Of a stretch of 44,211 bases of DNA, positions 15,039 to 23,465 are shown in pieces. The DNA lies in the IMG/VR virus record IMGVR_UViG_3300032030_000149; one strand, given 5' to 3'. Source of the stretch: a virus. Below the pieces are notes generated by a model. The model did no database searches and was not told the origin of the DNA. It saw nothing but the letters and a program-made list of their open reading frames with translations. Position numbers and translations under genes: made by a program. Position 1 is the first letter of the stretch. Each line of letters begins with the position of its first letter.

Positions 15039-15376
15039 AAGAAAACGAACCAATTTTAATGACCGAGGAATTTTGGTCTGATTCCCCGTTGTCAATTGTA
15101 AGATATTACGGACACATTCAGATGGGAGGAAACGAATATATAATTGTCAATAAGGAAGGGAAGAGTATTTTTGAATGTTCGATGGAAGCCGATGAACAAG
15201 GACGTGATTATGCAATACCCCAGGGAGATCCTTGTGACTTGTGCAGGGCAGATGTTGTCCCGATCTACAGAAAATTAGGACGTGAAAAATTCATTGAATT
15301 CTTAGAACAAAATCCCGATGTATGGACGTTGAAGGAAATAAGAAAAAGGCTGAAGCAGTTGAACCAAAGCAATTGA
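15035..15376 (+). CDS. Hypothetical protein (113 aa)
   Basis: ORF track; ATGA junction. Confidence 0.65.
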   Translation: MKENEPILMTEEFWSDSPLSIVRYYGHIQMGGNEYIIVNKEGKSIFECSMEADEQGRDYAIPQGDPCDLCRADVVPIYRKLGREKFIEFLEQNPDVWTLKEIRKRLKQLNQSN

Positions 15377-15497
15377 CGTGCGCCGATTGCTGGTATTGCA
15401 CTTGGACTGATTTGTGGACCTCCGCATGTATCAAGTTTGAGTTACCGGTAAAAGCTGACGGCCCGGCATGTATCTCAATTTATCGGAAAAATTGATT

Positions 15498-15505
15498 TAT
15501 CTTTG
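15498..15505 (+). promoter_or_regulatory. -7 box candidate TATCTTTG upstream of terS
   Basis: Matches TAnnTTTG in the 147-nt gap before terS. No clean -33 TTTG at the expected distance. Confidence 0.35.
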
Positions 15506-15523
15506 CAGCAAAATAATTGAGTT

Positions 15524-16084
15524 ATGGCAAAAGATAACGGGACAATCGAACAGGCCGAACCCAATAAAAGAGGCCGGAAACCGAAATGGACCGATGAAAA
15601 GGTCCAAAAAATATGCGAGGCAATTGCCAACGGGAAGTCATACAAAGATGCGATGTTGGCGGGGCGAGTAAGCCACGACACGTTTTATAGGCATTTGCGT
15701 GATGATAAGGATTTTTCGGATAAGGTTAAAAAGGCCGAATCCCAATACCAAGATTGGTATGATTCGCAAGTCGTTGTCGATTCGAAAAGATCATTGCTTG
15801 AACTGATCCGCGGGTATGAATGGGATGAAGTGACAACCGAAACGATACCGGCAAAAGGCGACAAACCCGCTATTACTAAAACAAAAGTCGTACACAAAAA
15901 AGCGGCACCAAGCGCGACGGCAATTATCTTTGCATTATGCAACCGTGATCCGGAGAATTGGAAGAATAGGATCAACAACGAATTGTCCGGTAAGCTAGAA
16001 ACCGACAACAAGCCGGGAATAACATTGGCCAACGTGCCGGATGAATTGCTTGCCCAAGTAATAGACGCAATCAACGGAAAGTGA
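15524..16084 (+). CDS. terS: Terminase small subunit (186 aa)
   Basis: N-terminal basic/HTH region (NKRGRKPKWTDEKVQKICEAIANGKSYKDAMLAGRVSHDTFYRHL), and its position immediately upstream of and overlapping terL. Confidence 0.6.
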   Translation: MAKDNGTIEQAEPNKRGRKPKWTDEKVQKICEAIANGKSYKDAMLAGRVSHDTFYRHLRDDKDFSDKVKKAESQYQDWYDSQVVVDSKRSLLELIRGYEWDEVTTETIPAKGDKPAITKTKVVHKKAAPSATAIIFALCNRDPENWKNRINNELSGKLETDNKPGITLANVPDELLAQVIDAINGK

Positions 16085-17631
16085 TGGCGGAATTCGACAC
16101 AATCCAAACAACAAGATTGTTGACGGAACACCCGGAATTGTTTTTGCAAGAGGGGGCGCGGCGGCGGTTTGATTGGTTCGTAAGGTATATGAAACCATCA
16201 TACCAAGTTACACCGTTCCATCAATCATATATGCGCATTCTTGAAATGTTTGCAAGGGGCCGCGTTAAAAACCTAATCATACAGGCGGCCCCCCAGCATG
16301 GTAAGTCGGAGTTAAGTTCACGAATGTTGCCCGCGTATCGGTTGGGATTAAAACCCGATACCAAGATAGCAATATGTTCATACGCCGCAACCATTGCGAA
16401 GGATTTCAACCGCGATGTGCAACGTATCATTGATACGAAAGAATACAACGCCGTATTCCCGGAAACACAATTGAACGGCTCTAACGTAGTAACGGTATCG
16501 AACAACTATTTGCGAAACTCGGATGTGTTTGAAGTTGTTGGCCACACGGGTTCTTTGCGCGTAGTTGGTCGTGGCGGTTCTTTGACATCTAAAACCGTAG
16601 ATGTGATGATATTTGACGATTTGTACAAGGATGCCAGCGAAGCCAACAGTCCACAAATACGGCAAACGGCGTGGGATTGGTACACGAAAGTAGCCCGAAC
16701 AAGATTGCACAATGATTCACAGCAGTTGATTGTTTTTACGCGTTGGCATCCCGACGATATTATAGGCAAGATCATTGAGACGGAGAATGTGATATTTGCC
16801 GAAAAGTGGTCGGATTTTGAAAATGTTACGCCGGGGGATTGGGTGTTGGTAAACTTTGAAGCCATCAAGACAGGAAAGGCAACCGAAATCGACGAAAGGG
16901 AACCTGGCATGGCATTGTGGCCAGCCCGGCATTCATTGGACCGTTTGACGGCACAGAAGCAATTGGACCCTGTCGGTTTCCAATGCCTGTACCAAGGCGA
17001 CCCGGGCAATGCGGAAGGAAAGTTGTACCAACCCTTCAAGACTTGGGTTGAAAAATCGGAATGGGGCAAATACATACGTTCGGGTTGTTATGTGGACGTA
17101 GCGGATGAAGGAGACGATTTTCTGTTTGCTGCATCATACGACATCTACCGTTCAGAAAGCCAGATTTGGAACGAGGCGAAACACCGGATGGAACCGTTGT
17201 TGTTTGCTTTGATTACCGATATTGAGTTCACCGACGAATCGACGGATGTTACAACGGTAACGGTACCGCGACTGATCAACACTAACAACGTACAGAAGGC
17301 GTGGATAGAATCGAACAACGGCGGATCTCAATTTGAGAAGGTCGTTAAAAAGAAAGTGCGGGCGTTGACTGTTGCGTTTTACCAGAGCAACAACAAGGAA
17401 TCAAGGATAGTCACCAATGCGCCGTTTGTCAACCAACATATCATTATGCCGTTCGGTTGGGAAACAAGATACAAGAAGTTCCACGATCACATAACGTCTT
17501 TTTTGCGGAAATTCGATGCGAACACGCATGATGATGACGCGGACGGGTTGACCGGGATTTACGAAAAGGAAATCGCGGATGGCAATGCCAAACCATACAA
17601 TGCGACAACGAGGGGGATCCGGGTTCATTGA
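16084..17631 (+). CDS. terL: Terminase large subunit (515 aa)
   Basis: Walker A-like IIQAAPQHGKSE, Walker B-like VDVMIFDDLY, and a C-terminal nuclease region (YVDVADEGDDF). A GTG at 16081 is an alternative start. Confidence 0.85.
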   Translation: MAEFDTIQTTRLLTEHPELFLQEGARRRFDWFVRYMKPSYQVTPFHQSYMRILEMFARGRVKNLIIQAAPQHGKSELSSRMLPAYRLGLKPDTKIAICSYAATIAKDFNRDVQRIIDTKEYNAVFPETQLNGSNVVTVSNNYLRNSDVFEVVGHTGSLRVVGRGGSLTSKTVDVMIFDDLYKDASEANSPQIRQTAWDWYTKVARTRLHNDSQQLIVFTRWHPDDIIGKIIETENVIFAEKWSDFENVTPGDWVLVNFEAIKTGKATEIDEREPGMALWPARHSLDRLTAQKQLDPVGFQCLYQGDPGNAEGKLYQPFKTWVEKSEWGKYIRSGCYVDVADEGDDFLFAASYDIYRSESQIWNEAKHRMEPLLFALITDIEFTDESTDVTTVTVPRLINTNNVQKAWIESNNGGSQFEKVVKKKVRALTVAFYQSNNKESRIVTNAPFVNQHIIMPFGWETRYKKFHDHITSFLRKFDANTHDDDADGLTGIYEKEIADGNAKPYNATTRGIRVH

Positions 17632-17640
17632 TATTTGCCA

Positions 17641-17747
17641 ATTTTTCAAGATTTGGCAAGAAACTTTCCATTATAAGGAGTTTGGGAAAGGAATTGAATA
17701 ATTACATATTTTTCAAGAAAAAATCGTTTTGATTCGATTTTTCAAGA
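17641..17747. repeat. Three direct copies of ATTTTTCAAGA (17641-17651, 17708-17718, 17737-17747)
   Basis: Exact 11-mers read by eye in the 190-nt gap after terL. Confidence 0.9.
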
Positions 17748-17762
17748 AAATAACTATATTTG
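17728..17762 (+). promoter_or_regulatory. Promoter candidate (TTTG 17728-17731; TATATTTG 17755-17762)
   Basis: Good -7 box, but the spacer of 23 nt is longer than the usual ~19-21. Confidence 0.45.
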
Positions 17763-17821
17763 CAGTCGAAAGCGGCCAAGGGTAAGCCGTCAAGTATCAA
17801 CAATTAAAACATTAAACCATT

Positions 17822-18475
17822 ATGTCACTTATTTGTCAATGCCCGGCCGCCGCTGCAATCTCGACGATCCCTAACGTCGTTTGCCCGGAAAACTTTGGCC
17901 AGATCCAGAAAGTTGCGTTCCAGCGTCTTCACAAGGCCGATGGAACCAAAAACAGTTTCACAACCACCGCATCAATTCTTTTGAAAGCGTCATGGACCGC
18001 GCTGTTATCGGCCGCTGACGGTTCGAAAGTTGTGGTTTCTCCCTACATCAACGCTCCTGCCGATTCAGGCGGTGACGCACGTCGTACCGGTGGCGGCAAT
18101 GATGATCTCGGAGGTATTTCTGAGGTCCTGGGTGGCAACCCCGTCCAGTTCGACGGATCGATGCGTTCCGTTCCGCAGAATGTCATCAAGGTCATGAAGG
18201 AATTGGAATGCGAGGCAAACGCCGGCAATCTCGGTGTTTATCTGTTCGACGAGAACGGAAAGATCGAAGCGATCCAAGACGAAACCACCGCGACCACCTA
18301 CTACCCAATTCCGATTCGTTCCCTGTTTATCGGCTCGAAGATCCACGGGAATTTCGACGCCAAAGACTCCAATGCGATTTCCTGGTTGTATCCGGACAAC
18401 TATTCGGATAATCTGAAAATCGTTTCGCCTACCGACTTCAACCCGTTAACCGATTTGATCCCGGCATCAAACTAA
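17822..18475 (+). CDS. Putative abundant virion structural protein (possibly major tail protein), 217 aa
   Basis: It has its own promoter region and shares a start context with the major capsid gene. The sequence flavour (…CPENFGQIQKVAFQRL…) recalls tail-tube proteins, but this is unverified. Confidence 0.4.
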   Translation: MSLICQCPAAAAISTIPNVVCPENFGQIQKVAFQRLHKADGTKNSFTTTASILLKASWTALLSAADGSKVVVSPYINAPADSGGDARRTGGGNDDLGGISEVLGGNPVQFDGSMRSVPQNVIKVMKELECEANAGNLGVYLFDENGKIEAIQDETTATTYYPIPIRSLFIGSKIHGNFDAKDSNAISWLYPDNYSDNLKIVSPTDFNPLTDLIPASN

Positions 18476-18481
18476 CAAGCA

Positions 18482-18673
18482 ATGAACGCCAAAACGACAA
18501 TGGTAACGTTGTGCGCTAACGGCGTTACCAGGGAATTTGAGATTACCCATGCTGAAAGATTGTTAAAGATGCCGAACAACGGCGGATGGCATTTGCCAGA
18601 AAACAGTAAATTCGAATTTGTGAACAATGGGTTACGACATCGCCAAGATAAGAAAGAAAATCGCGGAAAATAA
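18482..18673 (+). CDS. Hypothetical protein (63 aa)
   Basis: ORF track. It overlaps the next gene by 47 nt. Confidence 0.5.
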   Translation: MNAKTTMVTLCANGVTREFEITHAERLLKMPNNGGWHLPENSKFEFVNNGLRHRQDKKENRGK

Positions 18674-20369
18674 GCGTTCCGCCACATTGAGCCGTGCGAA
18701 ACTGCACCAGATGCGTATCAAGTTCCACACGGTCAAGCGCGTTACGACTTTCAATGCACCGTACATTTCTTTGCCATTGACCCAGTTTCTGGCAATGGTC
18801 GAAAACATCTTGCCGCATGATAAGTTTGTTTTGTTCAAAGCTCTTTTCCGTTATCCAATCAAAACGAATGAGATAACGGAAATCTGCTTTGACAAGTTAA
18901 GCCGTATCTTTGATGGTCGTAACCCTGCATTCAATTACCAGTTCATCAATTCGGCACAACGCGACGATTGGGAACAATACAGGATAACGAAGTTGAACGA
19001 GCCTGATGTTTGGGCGACCAAAGGTTGGGAGTTCTTCAAGTCCGAAATCAATTCCGTATTGATCGTTGACGTTCCTCGTGAGCAGAAGACAGAATTGCCG
19101 GAACCGTATTTCTATTGGTTGCCGATCGACGATGTTATCACGTACAAGGCTGACCCAACAACGGGACAGATGGATTATATTGTTTTCCGGCGCCGTGATG
19201 AAATTGTTGTGTTGGACGATGAGACGTACCGCGTGTGGGATGACAAGAAGCACACCGGACAAATTGACGGTTTGCCGAAGATAGAAGCACCGCACGACCT
19301 TGGTTATTGCCCGGCCCGTTTCTTCTGGAACGAGCCGATTTCGCTTGATGAACCGGATGTAAAGGCATCCCCATTGTCCGCTGAACTGGAATCGCTTGAT
19401 TGGTTCGAATTCTTCCACATTTCCAAACGTCAGTTGGATCTGATGGGTGCGTATCCTATCCTTTCCGGTTACGAACAGAGTTGCGATTTTACGAACGCTG
19501 AAAACGGCGACTATTGCGACGGTGGTTTTCTCCGAGACAAACAAGGCCGGTATCGTCTGGACATGGCCGGTTTGCTTTTGCGCTGTCCAAAGTGCGGAAA
19601 CAAACGGATCATCGGTGCCGGCTCGTTCGTCGAGGTCCCTGTACCAAATCCCGATGAAAACCAACCGGACCTTCGAAATCCCGTGCAGATACTGAACGTT
19701 GACCGTGGCGCATTGGAATACAATGTAGAAGAACAAAAGAGGTTGCGTGAGGAAATTATCACGGCCGTAGTCGGTCAGGAAGAAATTGTCACGAACCGCG
19801 ACGCGTTCAACGAGCAACAGGTGCAAGCGAATTTCGAATCTGTTACGACCGTGTTGATGCGAGTTAAGAAAGGGTTTGAAGCGGCACAACAATGGGTGGA
19901 TACGACCGTTTGCAAGTTGCGTTACGGCCGTTACTTCATTTCGGCCAACATCAATTACGGCACGGAGTTCTATTTGTATTCCGCTGACGAGTTGCGAAAT
20001 CGTTACAAGGCTGCCAAGGATGCCGGAGCATCTGAAGCGGAGCTTGACATGATGCAACGTCAGATCATCGAAACGGAATACCGTAATGATCCAATGCAGT
20101 TGCGCAGGATGCTATTACTTGCAGAACTTGAACCGTTACGTCACATGTCACGCCAAGAGGTGGCGGAATTGTACGAAAAAAGGTTGGTTTCCGAACAGGA
20201 CTTGCGTATTAAGTTGAATTTCCCTAATTTTGTCCGCAGGTTTGAAAGGGAAAACACAAACATTTTGGATTTTGGCGAAGCCATTCCGTACCAACGCAAA
20301 ATTGAAACAATCATGGCCGAATTCAGGCGTTATGCCGATGAGCAGAAACCGGGACCGGCACAAGTCTAA
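18627..20369 (+). CDS. Putative portal protein (580 aa)
   Basis: Called from its size and its position between terL and the scaffold/capsid genes. No motif-level proof. Confidence 0.55.
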   Translation: MGYDIAKIRKKIAENKRSATLSRAKLHQMRIKFHTVKRVTTFNAPYISLPLTQFLAMVENILPHDKFVLFKALFRYPIKTNEITEICFDKLSRIFDGRNPAFNYQFINSAQRDDWEQYRITKLNEPDVWATKGWEFFKSEINSVLIVDVPREQKTELPEPYFYWLPIDDVITYKADPTTGQMDYIVFRRRDEIVVLDDETYRVWDDKKHTGQIDGLPKIEAPHDLGYCPARFFWNEPISLDEPDVKASPLSAELESLDWFEFFHISKRQLDLMGAYPILSGYEQSCDFTNAENGDYCDGGFLRDKQGRYRLDMAGLLLRCPKCGNKRIIGAGSFVEVPVPNPDENQPDLRNPVQILNVDRGALEYNVEEQKRLREEIITAVVGQEEIVTNRDAFNEQQVQANFESVTTVLMRVKKGFEAAQQWVDTTVCKLRYGRYFISANINYGTEFYLYSADELRNRYKAAKDAGASEAELDMMQRQIIETEYRNDPMQLRRMLLLAELEPLRHMSRQEVAELYEKRLVSEQDLRIKLNFPNFVRRFERENTNILDFGEAIPYQRKIETIMAEFRRYADEQKPGPAQV

Positions 20370-20387
20370 CACAAAAATGAAACACGT

Positions 20388-20834
20388 ATGATTACTAAAG
20401 ATGGGCGCGACACCCCTATTGAGAACCTTACCCAAGACAACTACATTGTCCCCAAGGGAGAGGAACAAAGTTATCACGCCGTAATTGAGGTCGTGCAATA
20501 CGACCAGAAGACCGGTAAGAAGATCTCCAAACCGCGCGTACAGAAGTTTGGTAAAAAGCAGTTTGAAACGAGTGTTTTGAATTGCCTGAAAAAGCAAGGT
20601 TACATAGTAACCATCCTGCACGATCCTAACGCGTGGATCAAAGAGCAACAGGAAAAGGCGGCAAAGACCAAGGCACAACAAGCCGAAGAAAAGGCCAAGG
20701 CAGAACAAGAAAAGTTCGATGCCGCCGTTGCAGCAGCAGTCGCCAAGGTGCTTGCCGAACGTGACGCGGCCAACAAAACCGAACAGGATTCCGAGAAAAA
20801 AACGGGCCGTCCCAAAAAGGAAACAACCGAATAA
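20388..20834 (+). CDS. Hypothetical head-module protein with a Lys/Glu/Ala coiled-coil and an AT-hook-like tail (148 aa)
   Basis: …EQQEKAAKTKAQQAEEKAKAEQEKFDAAVAAAVAK… and KKTGRPKKE. Confidence 0.6.
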   Translation: MITKDGRDTPIENLTQDNYIVPKGEEQSYHAVIEVVQYDQKTGKKISKPRVQKFGKKQFETSVLNCLKKQGYIVTILHDPNAWIKEQQEKAAKTKAQQAEEKAKAEQEKFDAAVAAAVAKVLAERDAANKTEQDSEKKTGRPKKETTE

Positions 20835-20896
20835 CAGGATAAAGCCCGAACATTCGCAATAACAAAAAACGACTAACAAACAAAACTATTACAATT

Positions 20897-21154
20897 ATGG
20901 CACAGATCGCACAACAGGACAATTTGTTCATTGAAGTCTCCGCACTCGGAACGTTTACCGACGACCAAAAAAATGCACTGGTTGAGAAATTCAAGGCCGG
21001 AACGATTCTTGATGTCGTTCAACGTTCGTCCGCCGGTGTTTCCAAGTGCATTGCCGCCTCGTTTGCCGATGTTTCAACCACTCGTACTTACACGTTCGTG
21101 TTCGGTGGTGCAACCCTGCAAAGCGTGACAGCAACCGAAACAATTTCAGCCTAA
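20897..21154 (+). CDS. Hypothetical head-module protein (85 aa)
   Basis: ORF track. Confidence 0.6.
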   Translation: MAQIAQQDNLFIEVSALGTFTDDQKNALVEKFKAGTILDVVQRSSAGVSKCIAASFADVSTTRTYTFVFGGATLQSVTATETISA

Positions 21155-21207
21155 AAAGTTGGCGATACGTGTAAAAGACATTGCAAACAATTCAAAGGGA
21201 AAGAATT

Positions 21208-22161
21208 ATGGCACTAACAACCGAATTATTGAACGCCAACGCCGCGACCGCCTCGTTGACTGATGAACAGAAAAACGCTATCGTCGAAATGTCGAGGAAT
21301 GACGAAACCGCCGTTATCGGTCAGAAGACGGGCGAGATCTATGGCGGTTTGGATGCTGACATTTTGTCTGCATCCGGAATCGCCAAAAACGGAACGGAAA
21401 AGACCTACGATTACGCCAAACGTGTTATTGGTGAGATCAAAGGCCAAGCCGGTAACGCCGCAGAACTGCAAAACAAGGTTTCCGAACTGGAGAAGGAGAA
21501 AACCCGTTTGGAAGGTGTGATTGCCAAAGGTGGTGCGGATGCCGAAACAAAACGCCAGTTGGATCAGACGAAAGCAGATTTGGCCAACGTAACGAAACAA
21601 TACACCGATCTTAAAACCGATTACGACAAGGCGAAGACGGAACACGCCAAGGAGTTGTTTGGTTTGAAGATTGACGGCGAATTCGCGAAGGCAACGTCAA
21701 ACATCAAGTTCAAGGCCGATCTGCCGGCGTCTGTTACATCTGTGCTGATGCAACAGGCAATCGCCAAAGTTAAGGGCATGAATCCCGAATACATTGACGA
21801 TGGCAACGGTGGAAAGGTATTGGCGTTCATGGAAAACGGCACACCAAAGAGAAATCCGGAAAACAACTTGCGTCCGTACACGGCAACAGAACTGATTTCC
21901 GCCGAACTCAAAACGATGGGTGTTTTAGATGAAGGCAGGAGACAGATCGGTGCCGGATCAACAGGTGGCCAAGGCGGGAACGCTGGAGGTTCGAAAACCG
22001 TTGATATATCCGGAGCAACGAGCCAAGACCAAGCCCACGAAATCATTGCAAAACAATTGATGCAACAGGGTTTGGTCAATGGATCAAAAGAATTCAACGA
22101 CGCAATGTCGGCAGCGTGGAAAGAGAACCGCGATGTGTTGAAGGCATTGCCGATTCGTTAA
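21208..22161 (+). CDS. Putative scaffolding protein (317 aa)
   Basis: Lies immediately upstream of the major capsid gene. It is helix/coiled-coil rich (…ELQNKVSELEKEKTRLEGVIAKGGADAETKRQLDQTKADLANVTKQYTDLKTDYDKAKTEH…). The ATG at 21208 is preferred over the TTG at 21181. Confidence 0.5.
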   Translation: MALTTELLNANAATASLTDEQKNAIVEMSRNDETAVIGQKTGEIYGGLDADILSASGIAKNGTEKTYDYAKRVIGEIKGQAGNAAELQNKVSELEKEKTRLEGVIAKGGADAETKRQLDQTKADLANVTKQYTDLKTDYDKAKTEHAKELFGLKIDGEFAKATSNIKFKADLPASVTSVLMQQAIAKVKGMNPEYIDDGNGGKVLAFMENGTPKRNPENNLRPYTATELISAELKTMGVLDEGRRQIGAGSTGGQGGNAGGSKTVDISGATSQDQAHEIIAKQLMQQGLVNGSKEFNDAMSAAWKENRDVLKALPIR

Positions 22162-22227
22162 ATAGTAAACAACACCGGGTAAAGGGTCAATCCGGCTAAT
22201 AATTAACCATTAAAAACATTACGCATT

Positions 22228-23346
22228 ATGTCACTTATCGCAACCCGTTTGCAAAACTGGCGTGTCGAAAACCCGGAATTTGACCGTAATATGGCCCGCC
22301 CGTTGGAATATGGCGCACTGGACTTCTTTATTGAGCAGACCAATGCCGCAAATTCCATCATCAACCCCAACTTGCGCGACCGTGCCTTTGAATCCATCGG
22401 CAACACCGTGCAGATCCCCGTCATCAACTATGATGGCGATGTCACTGTTTCAAACGTCCGTTCATGCGTGATCGGCGACGATGAAAACACGTCCGCATTG
22501 TATACCGTCAACTGGGTAACTCTCTCCGTCGGTTTCACGATGGTTCCGCAGTTGTACCGCAACAACGAAATCTCATACGAACACGATTTTGCACGCAAGA
22601 TGGAAAAGATTTGCCGCGCCCTTGCAACCGCAATGGACGTTCAGGCAATTGCTGCTCTTGAAGCGAACAAGACCCAAGTGTTCAAAGACTCATTGTATTA
22701 CACTGTCACATCCAATTCCGTGCAGATACCGTGGAACGCTCGCATGGAATTCTTGGCTGACATGAATGCAATGCAGCGTGCAAACGCCTATCCCGAAATG
22801 CTCCACGTCATCGGCGGTGCCGGCTTCGATTCGCTGGTCCGCAAGATGGCCGAGCATGACATCTACAACGATGTCAACAAGCGTCTGGAATATGACAACA
22901 AAGTGTTCCACTACACCAACAACATCGTCAACGAATCCGGCAAGTTCGCCACCGGTTACATCGTTGCCGATGGCAATGTGGGTGTGTTGACCCGTGTTGA
23001 CCGCGAGGCGTTGAGCCGCACCCGTGCCAACTTCCACGAATGGGATGTGGTACGTCTGCCGTACATTGATCTTCCGGTCGGTTCGCACTACTACACCGCA
23101 GTTGGCGACCAGTCCGGTATCGCCGGTGCTGCATCCGCAGACATGACTTGCAACGTCAAGGAGTACTTCGGTTTTTCTGTTGACATCGCATTCCTTGTTG
23201 CTTACAACAGCAATCCGGAAACAGTTGCCAACCCAATCATCAAAGTCGAGGTTGCAACTCCCGGCACCGCCAATCCGTTTGCCCAACCGGTTGAAGTCGT
23301 TAACGGAGAGGACAACCCTGTAATGACGCAAGCCGTGCAGGGTTAG
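22228..23346 (+). CDS. Major capsid protein (372 aa)
   Basis: Called from its size, its position after the scaffold gene, the strong terminator directly downstream, and its long A-rich leader. Confidence 0.7.
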   Translation: MSLIATRLQNWRVENPEFDRNMARPLEYGALDFFIEQTNAANSIINPNLRDRAFESIGNTVQIPVINYDGDVTVSNVRSCVIGDDENTSALYTVNWVTLSVGFTMVPQLYRNNEISYEHDFARKMEKICRALATAMDVQAIAALEANKTQVFKDSLYYTVTSNSVQIPWNARMEFLADMNAMQRANAYPEMLHVIGGAGFDSLVRKMAEHDIYNDVNKRLEYDNKVFHYTNNIVNESGKFATGYIVADGNVGVLTRVDREALSRTRANFHEWDVVRLPYIDLPVGSHYYTAVGDQSGIAGAASADMTCNVKEYFGFSVDIAFLVAYNSNPETVANPIIKVEVATPGTANPFAQPVEVVNGEDNPVMTQAVQG

Positions 23347-23374
23347 CCTTCATTATCTATAATCAATTGTTCGC

Positions 23375-23408
23375 GGGGACGGGTAACAACAACCCCGTCC
23401 CCGTTTTT
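23375..23408 (+). terminator. Rho-independent terminator after the capsid gene
   Basis: Stem ggggacggg (23375-83) / cccgtcccc (23394-402), a 10-nt loop, then gTTTTT. Confidence 0.85.
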
Positions 23409-23465
23409 CGTACTAAGATTTTAACACGTCTAAAAAACGTGTAAACAAAAACGGAATTACTTAAC

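Noticed and set aside
15468-15671. 67-aa + strand ORF spanning the terS promoter region and the terS start
   Set aside because: It is out of frame with, and mostly inside, the well-supported terS ORF, and it starts within the non-coding gap containing the -7 box.
18897-20057. 386-aa ORF on the minus strand, the longest antisense ORF in the track
   Set aside because: It lies entirely inside the 580-aa + strand portal-candidate ORF, which fits the gene order. It has an Arg/Leu/Val-rich, antisense-type composition and no promoter or start context, and no other minus-strand gene exists in the genome.
20148-20879. 243-aa minus-strand ORF
   Set aside because: It is a low-complexity Leu/Phe/Cys/Gly-rich mirror image of the Lys/Glu/Ala-rich + strand gene 20388..20834 and the end of the portal gene, so it is an antisense artefact.
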